Numbered from the stretch's first letter, positions 7,224 to 17,334 are shown. The stretch: DNA of 32,000 bases from Patescibacteria group bacterium (GCA_041662745.1 JBAZRV010000006.1:11215-43214); one strand, 5' to 3'. Made by a program: numbers and translations. Notes: generated by a model from the sequence alone, not told the origin.

Positions 7224-9788
7224 ATGGCTGGAAAAATCATCACCGATAAAAACTTAAACAGGCTGGATTCCTTGACGGCAGAAAAAATCGCCGCCGAATT
7301 GGGCTGCTCCCTTTCCGGTTTGACGCGGATAGAAGCGTCAAAACGCCGTTTAACTTACGGTTTAAACACCATTACCAGCGAGGGCAAGGGCAAGTTAATC
7401 TGGGAATTAAGCAAAAAAATACTAAGCCCGCTGGTAATCACGCTTTTAATCGTGGCCGCTTTTTCTTATTTTCTGGGCGAAAAAATTTCTGCCATTATCA
7501 TTATAACAATGGCGCTTATCGGCGTAGTCCTGTCATTTATTCAGGAGTATAGAGCGAAAAAAAACGCCGCCAAACTCAAGGCCATGGTCCGATTGCATGT
7601 TGAAGTTGTTCGTAACAGCAAAACAGCTAAAATCCCGCTGAAAGACTTGGTGCCGGGAGACATAGTTAATCTTTCCGCCGGCAATATGATACCGGCAGAC
7701 ATTAAAATCATCTCAGCCAATAACCTTTTCCTTAATCAATCAACCTTAAACGGCGAATCATTCCCTATGGAGAAATGGGCTGTCCCGCCCAGTCCGGTTA
7801 AAACCAACACCCCGATTTATGACCTGCCGACCATTACCTTAATGGGCGCCAGCGTGGCATCGGGTACGGGTAGCGGCTTAGTAATGGCTACGGGCGCCAA
7901 CACTGAATTCGGCAAGTTGGCCATTGATGTGGCCGCCAGCGAACCGGAAACCGCTTTTGACAGGGGCATCAGGGACTTCACCTGGATGATGATCAAGCTG
8001 ATCTTCATCTTGATGACTTTCGTTTTTGTCATTAATACCTTATTCAAAGGCAACTTCGTTGATTCTCTGTTATTCTCCTTGGCCGTTGCCGTCGGTTTGA
8101 CTCCGGAAATGCTGCCGATGATAGTTACTGTCAATCTTTCGCGAGGCGCCAGGGCTATGGCCCAAAAAATGGTCATCATCAAGCGTTTAGACTCCATTCA
8201 GAATTTCGGCGCCATGGATGTCTTATGCACCGACAAAACCGGCACCTTGACTATGGATGAAATTATCCTGATTAAGCACTCGGACATTGAGGGCAAAGAA
8301 AAAGAAGAGATTCTGCGCGATGCCTGGATTAACAGCACTTTCCAATCAGGTATGAACAATCTGTTGGATCGAGCGATCATCAAGCACCACAAATTTAAAA
8401 AATCAGGCTTGAAAAAAATTGACGAAGTGCCCTTTGATTTTGATCGGCGCATTGTCTCGGTAATCATTCAAGACGAAAAAACCGACAGATTAATCGCCAA
8501 GGGCGCGCCCGAAGAAATCATTAAACGCTGTAACAGCTACGATTTGAACGGGCGCAGATACGCCCTGGATAAAGGAAGAATAAAACAGCTGGGACGGCAA
8601 TATGACAAACTAAGCCGGGACGGCTTTCGTGTTCTGGCCATTGGCTACAAGGAAGTTGACCGCCAACAGAAAAAATTCAGCCAACAAGATGAAACTAAGC
8701 TTGTCTTCCACGGCTTTACTTCCTTCCTGGATCCGCCCAAAGCCAGCACCAAGGAAGCGATCAATAAAATAGAGGGGCTTGGCGTCAAACTAAAAATTCT
8801 CTCCGGCGACAACGAGCATGTAACCCAAAGAATCTGCGAAGAAGTGGGGCTGGACGGCACCGGCGTTATTACCGGCGGCAAAATTGAACGTTTAAACGAT
8901 GATGATCTGCGTAAAATAGTAGAAGAAAAAAACATCTTCGCCCGCCTCTTACCGCTTCAAAAAGAACGGGTCATCAAAGCTCTTCAGGATAACGGCCACG
9001 TCGTGGGTTTTTTGGGCGACGGCATCAACGACGCTCCGGCCTTAAAGGCCGCAGATGTGGGAATCTCCGTCAATAACGCCGCGGATATCGCCAAAGAAAC
9101 GGCGGATATGATCCTGTTGCGTAAAAGCTTATTAGTCTTAGCCGACGGCGTCAAAGAGGGAAGAAGGACTTTCGCCAACACCTTGAAATACATCAAGATG
9201 GGCGCCTCCTCCAATTTCGGCAATATGCTCTCCATCACCGGTGCTTCAATCATTTTGCCCTTTCTGCCGATGTTGCCGCCGCAAATCCTGCTGAACAACT
9301 TCATGTATGATCTCTCGCAAATCTTTTTGCCGACCGACAATGTGGACGAAGACTATCTGCTCAAGCCTCGTCCTTGGCATATCGCTTTCATTAAAAAATT
9401 CATTCTGATTATCGGGCCGGTTTCTTCTTTGTTTGATTTTATGACTTACGGCCTGATGTGGTTTATATTCAACGGCGCGGCCAACCCCGCCCTTTTCCGC
9501 ACCGGCTGGTTCGTAGAATCGCTTTTTACCCAAACCCTGATTATTTACGTCATCCGCACCAACAAAATCCCCTTCCTGCAAAGCCGTCCCAGCCGCGCCA
9601 TAGTTTTTGCCACCTTAAGCATTGTCGGTTTAGGCTGTATCCTGCCCTTCACTTCAATCGGCAGATTGTTCCAATTCCAACCGTTGCCGAGCCTGTACTT
9701 CGTCTTATTATTCGGCCTGGGCCTTTTATACTTATCCTTAACCCAATTAGTTAAAATGCTATTTATTAAAAAATACGGCTATGAATAA
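7224..9788 (+). CDS. mgtA: Magnesium-transporting-type P-type ATPase (P3B/MgtA-like)
   Basis: 854 aa; TLNGES, DKTGTLTMDEI, GDGINDAPALKAADVGISV, VGLTPEMLPMIVTVNLSRGA motifs typical of MgtA/MgtB. Confidence 0.9.
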   Translation: MAGKIITDKNLNRLDSLTAEKIAAELGCSLSGLTRIEASKRRLTYGLNTITSEGKGKLIWELSKKILSPLVITLLIVAAFSYFLGEKISAIIIITMALIGVVLSFIQEYRAKKNAAKLKAMVRLHVEVVRNSKTAKIPLKDLVPGDIVNLSAGNMIPADIKIISANNLFLNQSTLNGESFPMEKWAVPPSPVKTNTPIYDLPTITLMGASVASGTGSGLVMATGANTEFGKLAIDVAASEPETAFDRGIRDFTWMMIKLIFILMTFVFVINTLFKGNFVDSLLFSLAVAVGLTPEMLPMIVTVNLSRGARAMAQKMVIIKRLDSIQNFGAMDVLCTDKTGTLTMDEIILIKHSDIEGKEKEEILRDAWINSTFQSGMNNLLDRAIIKHHKFKKSGLKKIDEVPFDFDRRIVSVIIQDEKTDRLIAKGAPEEIIKRCNSYDLNGRRYALDKGRIKQLGRQYDKLSRDGFRVLAIGYKEVDRQQKKFSQQDETKLVFHGFTSFLDPPKASTKEAINKIEGLGVKLKILSGDNEHVTQRICEEVGLDGTGVITGGKIERLNDDDLRKIVEEKNIFARLLPLQKERVIKALQDNGHVVGFLGDGINDAPALKAADVGISVNNAADIAKETADMILLRKSLLVLADGVKEGRRTFANTLKYIKMGASSNFGNMLSITGASIILPFLPMLPPQILLNNFMYDLSQIFLPTDNVDEDYLLKPRPWHIAFIKKFILIIGPVSSLFDFMTYGLMWFIFNGAANPALFRTGWFVESLFTQTLIIYVIRTNKIPFLQSRPSRAIVFATLSIVGLGCILPFTSIGRLFQFQPLPSLYFVLLFGLGLLYLSLTQLVKMLFIKKYGYE

Positions 9789-9863
9789 ACCGTAAAAACC
9801 AAGCTGCCAAGGTGCGAGCTGATTTGCTCGTACCATTAGAATAAATATAGAACACAAATAAAA

Positions 9864-9900
9864 TCCGTCTGACGAACTGCGCGTCGGACGGACTTTTTTT
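9864..9900 (+). terminator. Terminator after the Mg2+ ATPase gene
   Basis: TCCGTCTGACG / CGTCGGACGGA stem followed by CTTTTTTT. Confidence 0.85.
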
Positions 9901-9915
9901 ATTATATTTGTTGTA

Positions 9916-12900
9916 TTATTTGCCCAAGTGTTCCGCCTCGGATAATTTTAGCGACAATAATCGGCTGACACCGTCGCCCTGCATAGTCACGCCGTAAAGC
10001 ACATCGGATTCGGACATGATGGCGCGATTATGGGTAATGATAACAAACTGCGTCTTATGCGCCAGCTCCTTAACGATACCGGAAAACTTAGCTGAATTGC
10101 TTTCATCCAACGCCGCGTCTACCTCGTCAAAAAGGATAAACGGCGACGGATTATTATTGATAATGGCGCAAATTAAAGCCAAAGCCGTCATGGTCTTCTC
10201 ACCGCCCGAAAGCATGTTAATCGCCCTGATTTTCTTACCGGGCGGACAGGCCTCAATTTCAATACCCATATTAGACAAAAACGATTTGTCTTCCGGATAA
10301 ACCGGTTTTCTAACTTCCGGGGCGGCTTCTTCCAACGCTTCAGGCCCGCTCTCTTCCGTCAAAGATCCTGCCAGCGCCGGCTCTTGCGCCAACTGTTCTC
10401 TGATTTTTTCCGCTTCGGTCTTTTCTTCTTCTTTCTGCACTAAAGCCAGCTTAGCGCTGCCACCCTCAAATAGCTGTTTAAAATAACGGGAGAAATCTTT
10501 ATTGATCCTTTCAAACTCTTCTTCAAATTGGATTTTTATCAACTTGTCCAGTTCTTCCACCACTTTCACCAAATCCGTAATAGCCTGATCCAAATCCAGC
10601 GATTGCTCGGATAAAAATTCAAAGCGGGTTTTTACTTCCTCATACTCTTTTTCTATCTCCGGATCAATGCCGCCAATAAGCTCTAATTGGCGCTTCAGGC
10701 GGTCAATTTTATCCCTGTCTTCGGTTAAATCAACTTCCGAATAATCCTCCTTGCTCTTGAATTGCCAATCCGCTCCCAAACTTTCCCGGATAGCCGACAA
10801 TGCATCTTCTCGCCGCGTCTCTATTTTGGCCAACTCCACTTTTACCAGAGACAGCCTCTCATTAATGCCATTTAAATCGGTTTGCAAGGCGTATGATTCC
10901 TGCTGTAAAGAAAAAACTTCCTGTTTTTTGCGTTCTTCATGCAAATTAAAGCCGTCAATTTTTTCACGCAGTCCGGAAATTATTTCCTCCACCTCCTTTA
11001 ACTCTTTTTCTTTGGTTTCTCTGCCAAGCAAGATTTCAGATTGAAAATGTTCACGTTCCTGAGGAGTTAACTGCGCTTCTTCAATATCTCCCTTAATCTT
11101 AACCAATTCCTTTTCCTGGTCATCAATTTCCGCAGTCAGCGATCGGACCTTATCCGAGTCCACCCGGACTTGAACCTTTAAATCGCCGATTTGCAAAAAC
11201 AAATTTTCCCGTTCCCGGCGCTGATCTTCCACCTTGGCTTTCAAACTGGCAATCTCTTTGATTTTGGTTTCGGAAGAATATTTCTCATCCGGCGCGCGCC
11301 ACTGCAAACTATCGGTTTTCTTAAAACCGCCGCGCATCATGCCGGACTTTTCCAATACATCGCCGTCTAAAGTCACCATGCGTTCGCGATTAACGCCGAC
11401 CGCCTTGGCGCTTGCCAAATCATTAACCACAACAGTGCTGCCGAACACCTGCTCAAAGACTCGCTGATATTTACGCTCATAAGACAGCAAGTCGCTCGCC
11501 AGGCCGAGTACTCCGTTTTCAGTCAGAACATCGGTCGTATCTTGGGAGAGATAAAACTCCTTCAGGCGATTTAAGGGAAAGAAAGTTACCGGCGGCAGAC
11601 GGTTGCTTTTTAGCCAATTAATGCACTCAATGGCGTCAGATTCGCTCTCCACCACTACTGCCGACAGCCGATTGCCGGCCGCCGCCACCAAAGCGGCCTC
11701 GTGTTTGCTGTTCTTGACCCTGCCCAATTCACTGACCGTACCGCAAATGCCGCTAATCCTGTCTTTTAATCCTAAAACCGCCCGAACCGCCTCTTGATTA
11801 TGGTTGAGGCGTCCGCCGGAACGGACGCGGTAAAATTCATCCTGTATGATATCCAGATTATTTTGCCAGACCAGCAACTCATCGGACAGCACCTTAACCT
11901 GATTTTCCTTTTCACTTAATTTGCCGCTGCTGCCTTCCTGCCGCAATTTGGCGCTCCTGATTTCGGATTGCAAATTTTTTACCCGGCTCTCCAACTCGGT
12001 ACGGCGATTCTCCAGCCATGACAGATTCTGTTTGCCGGCTTTGGCATATTCCACTTCCAGCTTGCCGCGCAAGACCGCCAATTCGCGCATGGTTTCATTC
12101 TGCTTGGTCAAAGCTGAATTATACTCCTCCTGCAACTTGTCATATTCTTCGGCGCGGCTGCCTTGCTTGGACAATTCTTCCAATTTATTGCGCAACTCGT
12201 CTAATTTGCTATCCAAACGCAGACGCTGTTTATCTAAAGTGTTATATTGCAGGGCCAGCTCATCGTAATGTTTCATCAAATCCTGCCACAACCGGCCGTA
12301 ATACCTGCTTTGCAAAGTCTTCAACTCTGATTCCAATTCTTGGCGTTGACGCAACTTATTGACTTGGCGAGTCAATGATTTCAAATGCGGTTCCAATTCC
12401 ACTATTAACACCTTGGCTTGTTCCAAATTGTCCCGGGATCGCCTGAGCTTGGACACGGAACGCTCGCGCTTGATTTGATACTGTTTCACGCCGGTGGCTT
12501 CGTCAAAAAAATCCTTGCGTTCCTCATTGCTGTAATTGACAATCTTATCCACCATGCCTTGGCCGATAATGGAATAGGTGTTATGGCCGAAGTTGGCTTT
12601 GGCTAGCAGCATGACGATATCAAATAAGCGCACCTCCGCCTTATTGAGCAGATATTCGGAAGTGCCGTCGCGGTATAATTTTCTGGTAATGGCCACTTCG
12701 GCATAGTCAATCGGCGCCGAGCCGTCCTCGTTATTCAAAAACAAAGACACCTCAGCCAAAGACAACTGCGCCTTCTTGGCTGAGCCGGAGAAAATCACAT
12801 CAGTGGCTTTCTTACCGCGCAAAAGCTTGAGCGACTGCTCGCCCAACACCCAGCGCACCGCATCCACCACATTGGACTTGCCCGAACCATTGGGGCCGAC

Positions 12901-13011
12901 AATGGCCGTAATGCCGCAGGTATTGTCCCGCTTGTCCGGGCTGGGGAATTCCAAAATAGTCTTATTGGCGAATGACTTAAAACCATGCAGTTCAATGCGC
13001 TGTAAATACAT
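9916..13011 (-). CDS. smc: Chromosome segregation protein SMC
   Basis: 1031 aa; GPNGSGKSNVVDAVRW, hinge region, MLSGGEKTMTALALI, FILFDEVDAALDESN. Confidence 0.97.
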   Translation of the reverse strand: MYLQRIELHGFKSFANKTILEFPSPDKRDNTCGITAIVGPNGSGKSNVVDAVRWVLGEQSLKLLRGKKATDVIFSGSAKKAQLSLAEVSLFLNNEDGSAPIDYAEVAITRKLYRDGTSEYLLNKAEVRLFDIVMLLAKANFGHNTYSIIGQGMVDKIVNYSNEERKDFFDEATGVKQYQIKRERSVSKLRRSRDNLEQAKVLIVELEPHLKSLTRQVNKLRQRQELESELKTLQSRYYGRLWQDLMKHYDELALQYNTLDKQRLRLDSKLDELRNKLEELSKQGSRAEEYDKLQEEYNSALTKQNETMRELAVLRGKLEVEYAKAGKQNLSWLENRRTELESRVKNLQSEIRSAKLRQEGSSGKLSEKENQVKVLSDELLVWQNNLDIIQDEFYRVRSGGRLNHNQEAVRAVLGLKDRISGICGTVSELGRVKNSKHEAALVAAAGNRLSAVVVESESDAIECINWLKSNRLPPVTFFPLNRLKEFYLSQDTTDVLTENGVLGLASDLLSYERKYQRVFEQVFGSTVVVNDLASAKAVGVNRERMVTLDGDVLEKSGMMRGGFKKTDSLQWRAPDEKYSSETKIKEIASLKAKVEDQRRERENLFLQIGDLKVQVRVDSDKVRSLTAEIDDQEKELVKIKGDIEEAQLTPQEREHFQSEILLGRETKEKELKEVEEIISGLREKIDGFNLHEERKKQEVFSLQQESYALQTDLNGINERLSLVKVELAKIETRREDALSAIRESLGADWQFKSKEDYSEVDLTEDRDKIDRLKRQLELIGGIDPEIEKEYEEVKTRFEFLSEQSLDLDQAITDLVKVVEELDKLIKIQFEEEFERINKDFSRYFKQLFEGGSAKLALVQKEEEKTEAEKIREQLAQEPALAGSLTEESGPEALEEAAPEVRKPVYPEDKSFLSNMGIEIEACPPGKKIRAINMLSGGEKTMTALALICAIINNNPSPFILFDEVDAALDESNSAKFSGIVKELAHKTQFVIITHNRAIMSESDVLYGVTMQGDGVSRLLSLKLSEAEHLGK

Positions 13012-13149
13012 AAGTAATAATAATCAATAATCAAGATACGATGACCAAAAACATTGATGGTCAATATACGCAATTACATATATTTTATCAAAAAATCAGG
13101 AAATCGGCAAAATTAAAACCCGATTCCTGGGGAATCGGGCAAGGTGCGC

Positions 13150-14307
13150 TTAAAACGCCAGCGGCGGCAGAGGATCAACCGGCACATGACCGAAAGTGAT
13201 CTCATGCCGTGGCAGACAGACGGTAGCGAAATTCCGATCATGATTGACATCGCCCGGATTAATAATCCGAATCTGCTGGCCTTCATAATACAATGCTTCG
13301 TTGGTAAAGCCGCAAAGCACGTAATTAGTCATGGGAAATTTCTGACGGATTTTCATCGCCAAAACATCCATGCCCATTTCGCTTAAATCCATGAACTCCA
13401 GAGCCAAATCCAATTTGACATAAAAACGCTGGCCTTTAATGCTCACGATGGGCGTTTCCGGGTCAATCCGGTGCCAATTGGCGGGAATATCGCCCCAAGT
13501 ATCGGCTATATTCAGATCCTCAATCTGTTCCGGTAGTAAGTTATAATAAACATCAAAACCGGCTAACTCGGGACGCCCGATATCGCTTAAGTCAATATTG
13601 CCGATATGAATCACGTAATTGACTCCGCGCGCGGCGAATTCCTGACGCAAACGATCCCAAAAACCGACATCCAACTTGGAAACATTCAAACTGTCGGAAA
13701 TGATGCCGACGGTAAACGGCTCTTCCTGTGGCGGGCAAGGCATTACCCGGCCAAACACCACCTGATTATCCTCGGTATAAACGACGGCGAATTCATAACC
13801 CCAATTGACTGATTCTTCAGCCGCGCCCGGGTTAACCATGGAAACCAAGTGGCCTTGCCGATAGGTTTGGGCATGGGTATGTCCGCCGAAAATCCAACGC
13901 AAGCCGTCATTCTCTAACCGAAGGCGTTGCAGGCGTTCGTCAAACTTAGCCTCGTTCATATTAAGATAAAAATCAAATGGCAACTTATGGCCGAGATAGT
14001 ACAATTCCCCGTTGCGTTTGATGATGCGATGGCCGGGCATGGTGTAGCGCCAATGGCCGACGGGAGGAAAAAACTTTCCTCGAGGGCTCAAGCAACTGCC
14101 CTTGTCATCCCGTTCGCACTGATTCTCAACTAAGGCATAGTAAACGGGAAAATCGCCATAAAGCCGAGAATTAAAATGCTCGGGCTCGGTCAAGTCGCCG
14201 GCGTGAAAAACCACTTCCACGCCGCGACGCTTGAACTCAGAAATAATATGGGGCGTAGCGCCGTTTTTATCCTTATGCGTATCAGCAATGACACCGATAA
14301 CTGGCAT
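13150..14307 (-). CDS. Tandem YfcE-like metallophosphoesterase (active N-domain, degenerate C-domain)
   Basis: N-half: GVIADTHKD, VFHAGDL, FGGHTHAQ, VNPGA. C-half: GIISDSLNV, VIHIGNI, LCGFTNEALYYEG, IINPGD. Confidence 0.85.
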   Translation of the reverse strand: MPVIGVIADTHKDKNGATPHIISEFKRRGVEVVFHAGDLTEPEHFNSRLYGDFPVYYALVENQCERDDKGSCLSPRGKFFPPVGHWRYTMPGHRIIKRNGELYYLGHKLPFDFYLNMNEAKFDERLQRLRLENDGLRWIFGGHTHAQTYRQGHLVSMVNPGAAEESVNWGYEFAVVYTEDNQVVFGRVMPCPPQEEPFTVGIISDSLNVSKLDVGFWDRLRQEFAARGVNYVIHIGNIDLSDIGRPELAGFDVYYNLLPEQIEDLNIADTWGDIPANWHRIDPETPIVSIKGQRFYVKLDLALEFMDLSEMGMDVLAMKIRQKFPMTNYVLCGFTNEALYYEGQQIRIINPGDVNHDRNFATVCLPRHEITFGHVPVDPLPPLAF

Positions 14308-14499
14308 GGCAAAAACTCCTTTTGGTTTTTAAAGTACTGCATTTCACCCATCAATCTTCTTCAAAACATACCACCGGAAATGTTTTTAGTCAAGAAAAAC
14401 CAATAATAACGTTTTTATCTAAAGGTTAAGCAGCGAGGTTTTTTAATTGAATTAAAGCCGAAAAAATACTATAATTAACTCAACTTTCAACCATGATTT

Positions 14500-17334
14500 A
14501 TGACAGCTAAAAAACAAAAACTCCTGATTATTGATTCTAATGCTCTGGTGCATCGCGCTTTCCACGCCCTGCCGCCGACCCTAACCGACGAGAAGGGCCG
14601 GCCGACCAACGCGGTTTACGGCTTCACCTCCATTTTCCTTAAGGCGATAAAAGACATTAAGCCCGACTACATCGCGGCCACTTTTGACCGCAAAGAGAAA
14701 ACCTTCCGCCACGAGCAGTATGAGGCGTACAAGGCCACGCGCGTCAAAGCGCCGGATGAGCTGTATGAACAAATCCCTCTGGTCAAACAAGTGTTAGAAG
14801 CATTTAGCATACCGATTTTTGAACTGGCCGGCTATGAAGCCGATGATTTGATCGGCACTATTGCCAATCTGAAAACCATTGACCGGCCCGATATTGAAAC
14901 TATTATTCTAACCGGCGATCAGGATTGTTTGCAATTGGTAGACTACAACACTAAGGTTTTTTCGCCTCATAAGGGGCTGTCAGAAACAATCCTCTACGGC
15001 GAAGCCGAAGTCAAGGAAAAATTCGGCGGCTTGATGCCCGGTCAACTGATTGATTACAAAGGACTGCGCGGCGACACTTCTGACAACATCCCCGGCGTCC
15101 GGGGTATCGGCGAGAAAGGCGCGATTGATTTGTTGAATAATTTCAAGACCATTGAAGGAATCTACGAGCACATTGATTCTGATTTGATCAAAGACCGCAC
15201 GCGGGAACTGCTTAAGGAACAAAAGAAGCAAGCGCTGATGTCGCGGGAACTGGCGACAATTAAAAAGGATGCGCCCATAAAATTCAAATTGGCCGATTGC
15301 CGTTTCACCGGCTTTGATCAAAACAAAGTCGTTGATTTATTTCAAGAGTTGGGATTTAAACGGCTGATGAACCAAGTGGCCACGCTGGCTAAAAGCGGCC
15401 TGATCGCGCCGACCGGCCAAGGCAGTTTGTTCTCTGCCGCGGTTAGCGATCAAGAAGAAAAAGAATCAACCGCCTTCTCTGTCATTCCCGCGAAGGCGGG
15501 AATCCAGGTTAATAATCATCCTGCCAATAGCCGCTTGGGCAAACAGGACTACCGGCTGGTAACAGCCGGCGACTTGAAAAAATTTTTAGCCGAACTGAAA
15601 AAACAAGAAGAATTTTGCTTTGATACGGAAACAACCGGGCTTAACCCCTTTGCTGACAATTTAATCGGCATCGCTTTCTGCTGGCAAGCCGGCGCAGCCC
15701 GGTATCTGCCGGTTGATTTAGCCGATCAGATTAAGCCGGAACTGTCGAAAATTTTCGACAGTAAAAAAATCAAAAAAATCGGACACAATCTTAAATTCGA
15801 CGCCGAAGTGTTGGAAAAATATTTCGGCCAAGCGATCAACGGGCTGTCTTTTGATACCATGATTGCTTCCTACATCTTGAACCCCGGCCATCGCCAGCAC
15901 AACCTGGACACTTTGGCGTTTATTGAATTCGGTTACCAGATGCAGCCGATCAGCGATTTGATCGGCAACGGCAAAAACCAAATTTCCCTGGCCGAAGCGC
16001 CGCTGGAAAAAGTCAGCTGGTATTCCAGCGAGGACGCTGACTTGACCTTCCGCCTGTATCAGAAGCTTCGGCCGGAGCTGGATAAATCCGCCCTGCTGCC
16101 ACTATTTGAAAAATTGGAAATGCCCTTGGTTGAAGTATTGGTGGCCATGGAGACTAACGGCATCAGAATAAACAGCAAAGCCTTAAAAAACTTAAGCGCC
16201 GTTTTTGCCAAGAGAATCAAAGAGCTGGAAAAAAAAGCCTGGAAAATGGCGGGCGAAGAATTCAATCTGGCCAGCCCCAAGCAGTTAAAGGAAATCTTGT
16301 TTGACAAAATGGGCATCTCCACTGCCGGCATCGGCAAAACCAAAACCGGCTTGTCTACCGCCGCCGGCGAACTGGAAAAGCTTCAGGGTCAACATAAGAT
16401 AATTGACTTAATCATAGAATTCCGCGAACTATCTAAGCTGAAGAACACCTATCTGGACGCCCTGCCGGCTTTGGCTGATTCCTCCGGCCGTGTCCATACC
16501 AGTTACAACCAAACCGTCACCGCCACCGGGCGCCTATCGTCTTCCGAGCCCAACCTGCAGAATATTCCCATTCGCACCGAAACGGGCGGACCCATTCGCA
16601 AGGCGTTTATCGCCGACAAGGGTTTTCAAATTCTTAAAGCCGATTACTCGCAGATTGAATTGCGCATCATCGCATCGCTCGCCAACGACAAGCAAATGCT
16701 GAAGATTTTCCAGTCTGGCGGTGATATTCATACTATGACCGCGGCCATTATTCACAGCATTAAGCCGGAAGAAGTGACTAAGGCTCTGCGCCGCACGGCC
16801 AAAGAAATCAATTTCGGCGTAATCTACGGCATGGGCGCCTGGGGGCTGTCCTCTCGTACCGGTCTATCCAACACGGAAGCGCAGAAATTCATCTACAAAT
16901 ACTTTGAAACCTTTTCCGGCGTCAAGAAATGGCTGGAGGAAACCGTGGAGATCGCCAAAGACAAGGGTTATGTGGAGACCTTTTACGGCCGCAAGCGCTA
17001 CTTGCCGGAAATCAATTCCAGCATTTCCCAGGTTCGTAACAGCGCCGAACGCATGGCCGTCAATATGCCGATTCAAGGAACGGCTGCCGATTTGATCAAG
17101 CTGGCTATGATAGAAATCCACGCCGGCCTGCCCAAAGTATCGGAACGCTCCCGCCTGTTGTTGCAAGTCCACGACGAATTAGTTCTGGAAGTGCCGGAAC
17201 ATGAGGTCCGCAAAGTCGGCAAATACGTCCATGACACCATGTGCTCGGTCATGAAACTGCGCGCGCCCATTGACGCCGACGTTTCCGCCGGCGATAATTG
17301 GGGAGAGACCTCCCCGCTGTCATTCCGGCCGTAG
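14500..17334 (+). CDS. polA: DNA polymerase I
   Basis: 944 aa with 5'-3' exo, 3'-5' exo (CFDTETTGL, GHNLKFDAEVL, YSSEDADLT) and polymerase motifs (DYSQIELRIIA, GVIYGMGAWGLS, QVHDELVLEV). Confidence 0.98.
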   Translation: MTAKKQKLLIIDSNALVHRAFHALPPTLTDEKGRPTNAVYGFTSIFLKAIKDIKPDYIAATFDRKEKTFRHEQYEAYKATRVKAPDELYEQIPLVKQVLEAFSIPIFELAGYEADDLIGTIANLKTIDRPDIETIILTGDQDCLQLVDYNTKVFSPHKGLSETILYGEAEVKEKFGGLMPGQLIDYKGLRGDTSDNIPGVRGIGEKGAIDLLNNFKTIEGIYEHIDSDLIKDRTRELLKEQKKQALMSRELATIKKDAPIKFKLADCRFTGFDQNKVVDLFQELGFKRLMNQVATLAKSGLIAPTGQGSLFSAAVSDQEEKESTAFSVIPAKAGIQVNNHPANSRLGKQDYRLVTAGDLKKFLAELKKQEEFCFDTETTGLNPFADNLIGIAFCWQAGAARYLPVDLADQIKPELSKIFDSKKIKKIGHNLKFDAEVLEKYFGQAINGLSFDTMIASYILNPGHRQHNLDTLAFIEFGYQMQPISDLIGNGKNQISLAEAPLEKVSWYSSEDADLTFRLYQKLRPELDKSALLPLFEKLEMPLVEVLVAMETNGIRINSKALKNLSAVFAKRIKELEKKAWKMAGEEFNLASPKQLKEILFDKMGISTAGIGKTKTGLSTAAGELEKLQGQHKIIDLIIEFRELSKLKNTYLDALPALADSSGRVHTSYNQTVTATGRLSSSEPNLQNIPIRTETGGPIRKAFIADKGFQILKADYSQIELRIIASLANDKQMLKIFQSGGDIHTMTAAIIHSIKPEEVTKALRRTAKEINFGVIYGMGAWGLSSRTGLSNTEAQKFIYKYFETFSGVKKWLEETVEIAKDKGYVETFYGRKRYLPEINSSISQVRNSAERMAVNMPIQGTAADLIKLAMIEIHAGLPKVSERSRLLLQVHDELVLEVPEHEVRKVGKYVHDTMCSVMKLRAPIDADVSAGDNWGETSPLSFRP
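15481..15516 (+). repeat. Palindromic repeat family A, copy 3, in frame within polA
   Basis: GTCATTCCCGCGAAGGCGGGAATCCAGGTTAATAAT, 33 of 36 identical to the reverse complement of 26955-26990; encodes VIPAKAGIQVNN. Confidence 0.9.
15741..15762. repeat. Perfect 22 nt palindrome, family B, within polA
   Basis: ACTGTCGAAAATTTTCGACAGT; near-identical copy at 26181-26202. Confidence 0.85.

Noticed and set aside
10016-12606. Multiple plus-strand ORFs opposite smc
   Set aside because: Antisense shadows of a high-confidence coding gene, biased to one frame and without homology-like features.
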